Shown here: piece after piece, positions 60,312 to 64,000 of the stretch
How positions within the stretch are numbered: the first letter of the stretch is position 1
Layout of the letters: each line of letters opens with the position of its first letter
Assembly: GCA_964270895.1 (NCBI GenBank)
Contig: OZ185436.1
DNA length: 64,000 nt
Strand: one strand, 5' to 3'
Source: Podarcis filfolensis
Taxonomy: Eukaryota
Notes under the pieces: model-generated
The model's database searches: none
The model's input: only the letters and a program-made list of their open reading frames with translations
What the model was told of the DNA's origin: nothing
Translations under genes and position numbers: made by a program

Positions 60312-60450
60312 GAGGAAGAGGAGGATTTCGGCGAAGAGGCCGAGGAGGAAGCTTGAGGCGAGTCTGCTGGCAGTTCGGGAAACAAAACAGAAAAGTCAAT
60401 AAATCCGCACAAAAATAAAAATTGAAAAACAGAAAAAAACAAAAACAAAA
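60312..60450 (+). pseudogene. TUBB: 3' end of a class I beta-tubulin retrocopy (C-terminal tail, stop, short UTR, AATAAA, decayed A-tail)
   Basis: 60312-60356 translates EEEEDFGEEAEEEA*, identical to the TUBB (beta-I) isotype tail. AATAAA at 60398-60403, A-rich tract at 60411-60450. The 5' part is hidden in the N gap. Confidence 0.8.
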
Positions 60451-62009
60451 TGAGAATGAAGGGTGCAAATGTTTGTTATTTGAGAGAGGCTCCAAAGAGT
60501 CTTCCTCCGAGTAGCTTAAGTGAGGAGTATGATTTTAAGTTGATGGTAGATAATGTTATGTTGCAACCTTTGAGTTTGTGATTCTACATCCGTGTTCCAG
60601 TCCTTTTTCCAGTATTTTGAAATGTGCTGTGAAGAAACTAATGTTTCTGCTGCAAAAGCCTAGTTGAGCCAACTGCTCTCTCAAGCTAAAATGCAGTGTA
60701 TGTATTTCATTAAGCACATGCCTATGAAAATAGGTGTTCCTTCTAAGAAAATTGTTAATAAAAGGTAGAAGCTTTGATAGACAACAATTGTCTATCTATA
60801 GAGTCCAGTCCTGATATCAGTCTCTAAGATCAGCCAGGGTTTCCTGGCTTCTTATTGGAAAATGCCTCCCCCACTTGTTTCAGTCTCTTTCAGGTTCTCC
60901 CCCCCCCCCTTCTTACTTCTGTGCCAAATGAATTTACTCCTGAGCAAGCTTCCTTCAACAAGGGAGGGCGGCACATTCTTTGCTAAAAGTACCCGACATC
61001 TCACTTTCCTATGTATCGTTATTATTATTTTTTAAAAGTCTTAATTAGGCGTACTATTCCTATGCAAGTTCAGAAACATTATTAACTTTTGTATCCCTTT
61101 TAAATCAAATCCAGGACATCATTTCTGTAGGAACTTGCACTCTTAGTCTAAGGAAGTAAACTCTCACTCAAACTAGCTTCAAGATCTGCTAAAAGGGTTC
61201 TGTATAAAGCTGGGTACTTTTATTTTCCTCTTCCTTAGTACATGATAGGAGCATTGATTGTGCTCTCTTCCCCAGTAGTGCCTGTGTACATAAGTATGTG
61301 TGTGTCTCTTTGGTAGTACAAATCTTGCTGCGAAATCTTGCTGTGAACCCTATATTTTGGAGGGTTGGACTAGATGACCCCAGGGTCCCTTTCAACTCTC
61401 CCAATTTGTGGCTGTGTGGAAGGACATGTGTCCGCAAGCATTGGAGGGTAATTCTTAAATTCTGGTGTGGTGATGGAGTTGAAATTCAGCCTAGCTTTGC
61501 TCTTTAGTTTTAAAAGGTGAGAGGTGAAGCTGTGATGTTTTGAAGCACAACTGGTAATATCAAGCATTTGAGTGATTACAGTGTTTATCATTTTGTCTAC
61601 TATTTAAAAATCAGACTTCAAAGTCAATTCAAAGTTTAAGCACATACAAATACATATGGGCCTTGACCAATCCTGTAAATAAAGGGCAGGAAAAAATTTT
61701 TGTCTGCAAATGGTAAGGCTGAAATGTTAAAAAAAATCCTATGAATTCTGACTCTCTGGCCATTTTTTCCCATATATAAGGGCGTGGCATTGTTCCGCGA
61801 ATGACCAGAGGGAAATCACACAAAATGATAGCCCTTTCCTGTAAATAAAGGAAGGAAACATGATCCCTTAGAAAATTTCTAGCTTTGGTAAATGCTTGAA
61901 TTGCGGAGTTTCTTGTTTTGTTTTAAATCTAACCCTATTTTTAAAAATCTACTCCTTACCCTTCATTTCCTTGATTCAAATGGTAATTTAGCCAAAAGAT
62001 TCAACATTT

Positions 62010-62222
62010 TCAATAGTATAAAAGGTTTGCTGAGACATGAACTCTGCACATGCACAGAGGCTAGATCAGCTAAAAAAAGGAAAAGAAAAAGAGAGAGGAA
62101 GGAGAGGGGAGAGGAGGTTTGGAGAGCTTGGGCTGCAGGGAGAAACATCCAAATTTCCTTATGTAAAACTTGGAACCATTGAGGGAAATCACCCTTAATG
62201 TGTCCTTTGCTCCAGGGGCTAC
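62010..62222 (+). other. Candidate promoter / non-coding first exon of the next plus-strand gene (FAXDC2 expected by synteny)
   Basis: TATAAAA at 62017-62023, DR1-like TGAACTCTGCAC at about 62038, consensus donor AC|GTAAGA at 62222/62223. No FAXDC2 coding sequence was recognised. Confidence 0.2.
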
Positions 62223-62886
62223 GTAAGACAAAAGAGTTAAGTACTGGACCGTCAAAGTCAGGGGGTTGCCAAGTTTCAAATCTTAACCTGCCAAATTCTT
62301 TTCATAGGTAAATATCAAAGCATTCCCCCCCCCCTCAATGGGATGTAAATCACAGACTTTGTTTGTGTGTATTTTAGGAACAGCATTTCCTGACAGGCTT
62401 CTCACATGAAATAATTTTCCCTTTTAACAGGATATGTGAACCCCGATAACAAAGTGTTTGTCCCTTCTTTTCTCCCACAGCAACTTTCTTTCTGTTCTGT
62501 AAAACAAGTCTGAATCCCTGCTATATTAGTGACTTCCATCTCTTTGCGGCTTTGACACTTTAAGTTACAAGTAATTAAGTTACAAGTTTTCATTTATTTA
62601 TGTCTATGAAATTAATTGAAGCACAACCAAACATTGTTTGTGGAATGGTATTTGTTTACCTTTTGCCTGAGCATTTCTTATTAATTCTGTCATTTTGGCT
62701 AGTTCAAGGTACTTACACAACCTTAAATTGCCATTCATTTTCTTGGTATTAAGTCATTTCCCAGTATTTTGCTATTAACATCCTAGCCGATATTGTCACA
62801 TCAAGAAACACTCTTTTATTTTCATTGTTACTTCAGATTTCTTAAAATTGTGTGTCTTAGCATTTATTTATGGTTCCTCATAGGTC

Positions 62887-62888
<2 letters not shown>

Positions 62889-62918
<30 letters not shown>
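62889..62918. repeat. (TG)15 microsatellite
   Basis: Pure TG run. Confidence 0.95.
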
Positions 62919-62922
<4 letters not shown>

Positions 62923-64000
62923 ATTATTATTTTAACCTTGTATTTTTTTTTACAGTTCTCTTTCTCTACATATGGAGTAATTTTTTATTTAATAATATGG
63001 GAGGGAGACGATAAAAACCAAAGTGAAGGAAAGCAAACAAACTTAGCAGATAATAACAGTAATTATATGGAAATGTGATAATAATATTGAAATGAATAAA
63101 ATGCTTAATCCGCTAAGATTTTTATTATTTGCAGCTTCCCACGGAAACTGAAGGACATCCTTTTTGCCTTTCTCCCCTTCCCTTTTCTAACTCTGTCTTT
63201 TAAGTCCCCAAAACCCTGCCCCTTACAGGATATCACTTCTACAAATGTGTTACTACAGATCCAATTAAAAGCTTCGCCACCACAAGACCTGCAACAACAA
63301 CAGACACCAAAGTTTTCAAAGTGGCCACAGCTATCTCTTTCAAAGGATATAGACTGCCGGGGGAGTGGGCCTGACAAAGGGGGGAGGAGTTGAATTGCAA
63401 GGACATTTTCTCACTTTTGAACCTCAAGACTGTGCTCTGGCATTGAGAAGATACATGCGTAAAAATATCACAATTGTCTCAAGATATGCAACTGATACTT
63501 AATTAGTTTGTTTTGTATTATGTGTTATTACGTAGGAATGTTGAAATGTGTCTGACAGTGTGTTATTTCCACAAATGGGGGGGGCTATTTTTGTGGCTAT
63601 TTTTGTGTGTAATTGTTTTTATGTTTAATGTCTTATTCCTTACACCCCAGTGGAGGATTCTCATACATTTTATGCCTTTTAACAGATCAGGCTATTATGT
63701 AGTCCAATGTTTAGAATTAGATAAATTTATAACCACATTTCGTTGTTTCACCTGGCACTCTGCCAACTTCCCTAACCATTTTAAAATGTGCTAAAACTCA
63801 CTTTACCAAGGAGGAGCTTCAGGAAGGTGTATATGCTTTGGTTTAGCAGGAATAATCCCTTATAGAGTTAAATTGACTTATTTGGACAAGTGCCCCTTAA
63901 GAGTGGTTTTGCTTTAACAGATTGGTTTGAAAAGTTGAGAACCATGGGGCAAGATAAATTCAAATTGGACTCAGTTTGAATTGGGCAAGTGTATCCAGGC

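Noticed and set aside
63374-63395. Polypurine tract followed by TG as the start of a 3' LTR
   Set aside because: The downstream sequence does not match the LTR at 58141-58770.

Overview
Vertebrate genomic DNA, most likely a squamate (probably lacertid) lizard judging from its repeat families (CR1, L2, RTE-BovB, Penelope, hAT and Tc1/mariner-type MITEs). It comes from a draft assembly with three short N gaps. The window holds three complete intron-containing genes in the order known from human 5q33.2: MRPL22 (minus, 7 coding exons, 204 aa), GEMIN5 (plus, 28 exons, 1522 aa, head-to-head with MRPL22, ATGs 220 bp apart) and CNOT8 (minus, 6 coding exons, 292 aa, tail-to-tail with GEMIN5). Exon boundaries were read by hand from GT/AG sites and reading-frame continuity. 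Homologue comparisons are from memory, not from a search. The most unusual region is 58.1-60.5 kb, just upstream of CNOT8. There an LTR retrovirus 5' end (LTR, perfect tRNA-Lys1,2 primer-binding site, long leader with its own splice donor and acceptor, no gag, no 3' LTR) is followed, across a 133-N gap, by the exact C-terminal tail of class I beta-tubulin (EEEEDFGEEAEEEA*), AATAAA and a decayed A-tail. Also flagged: two decayed coding-like segments of unknown origin, a 67-bp G-rich minisatellite inside a Tc2-like transposon, and several transposon structural oddities.
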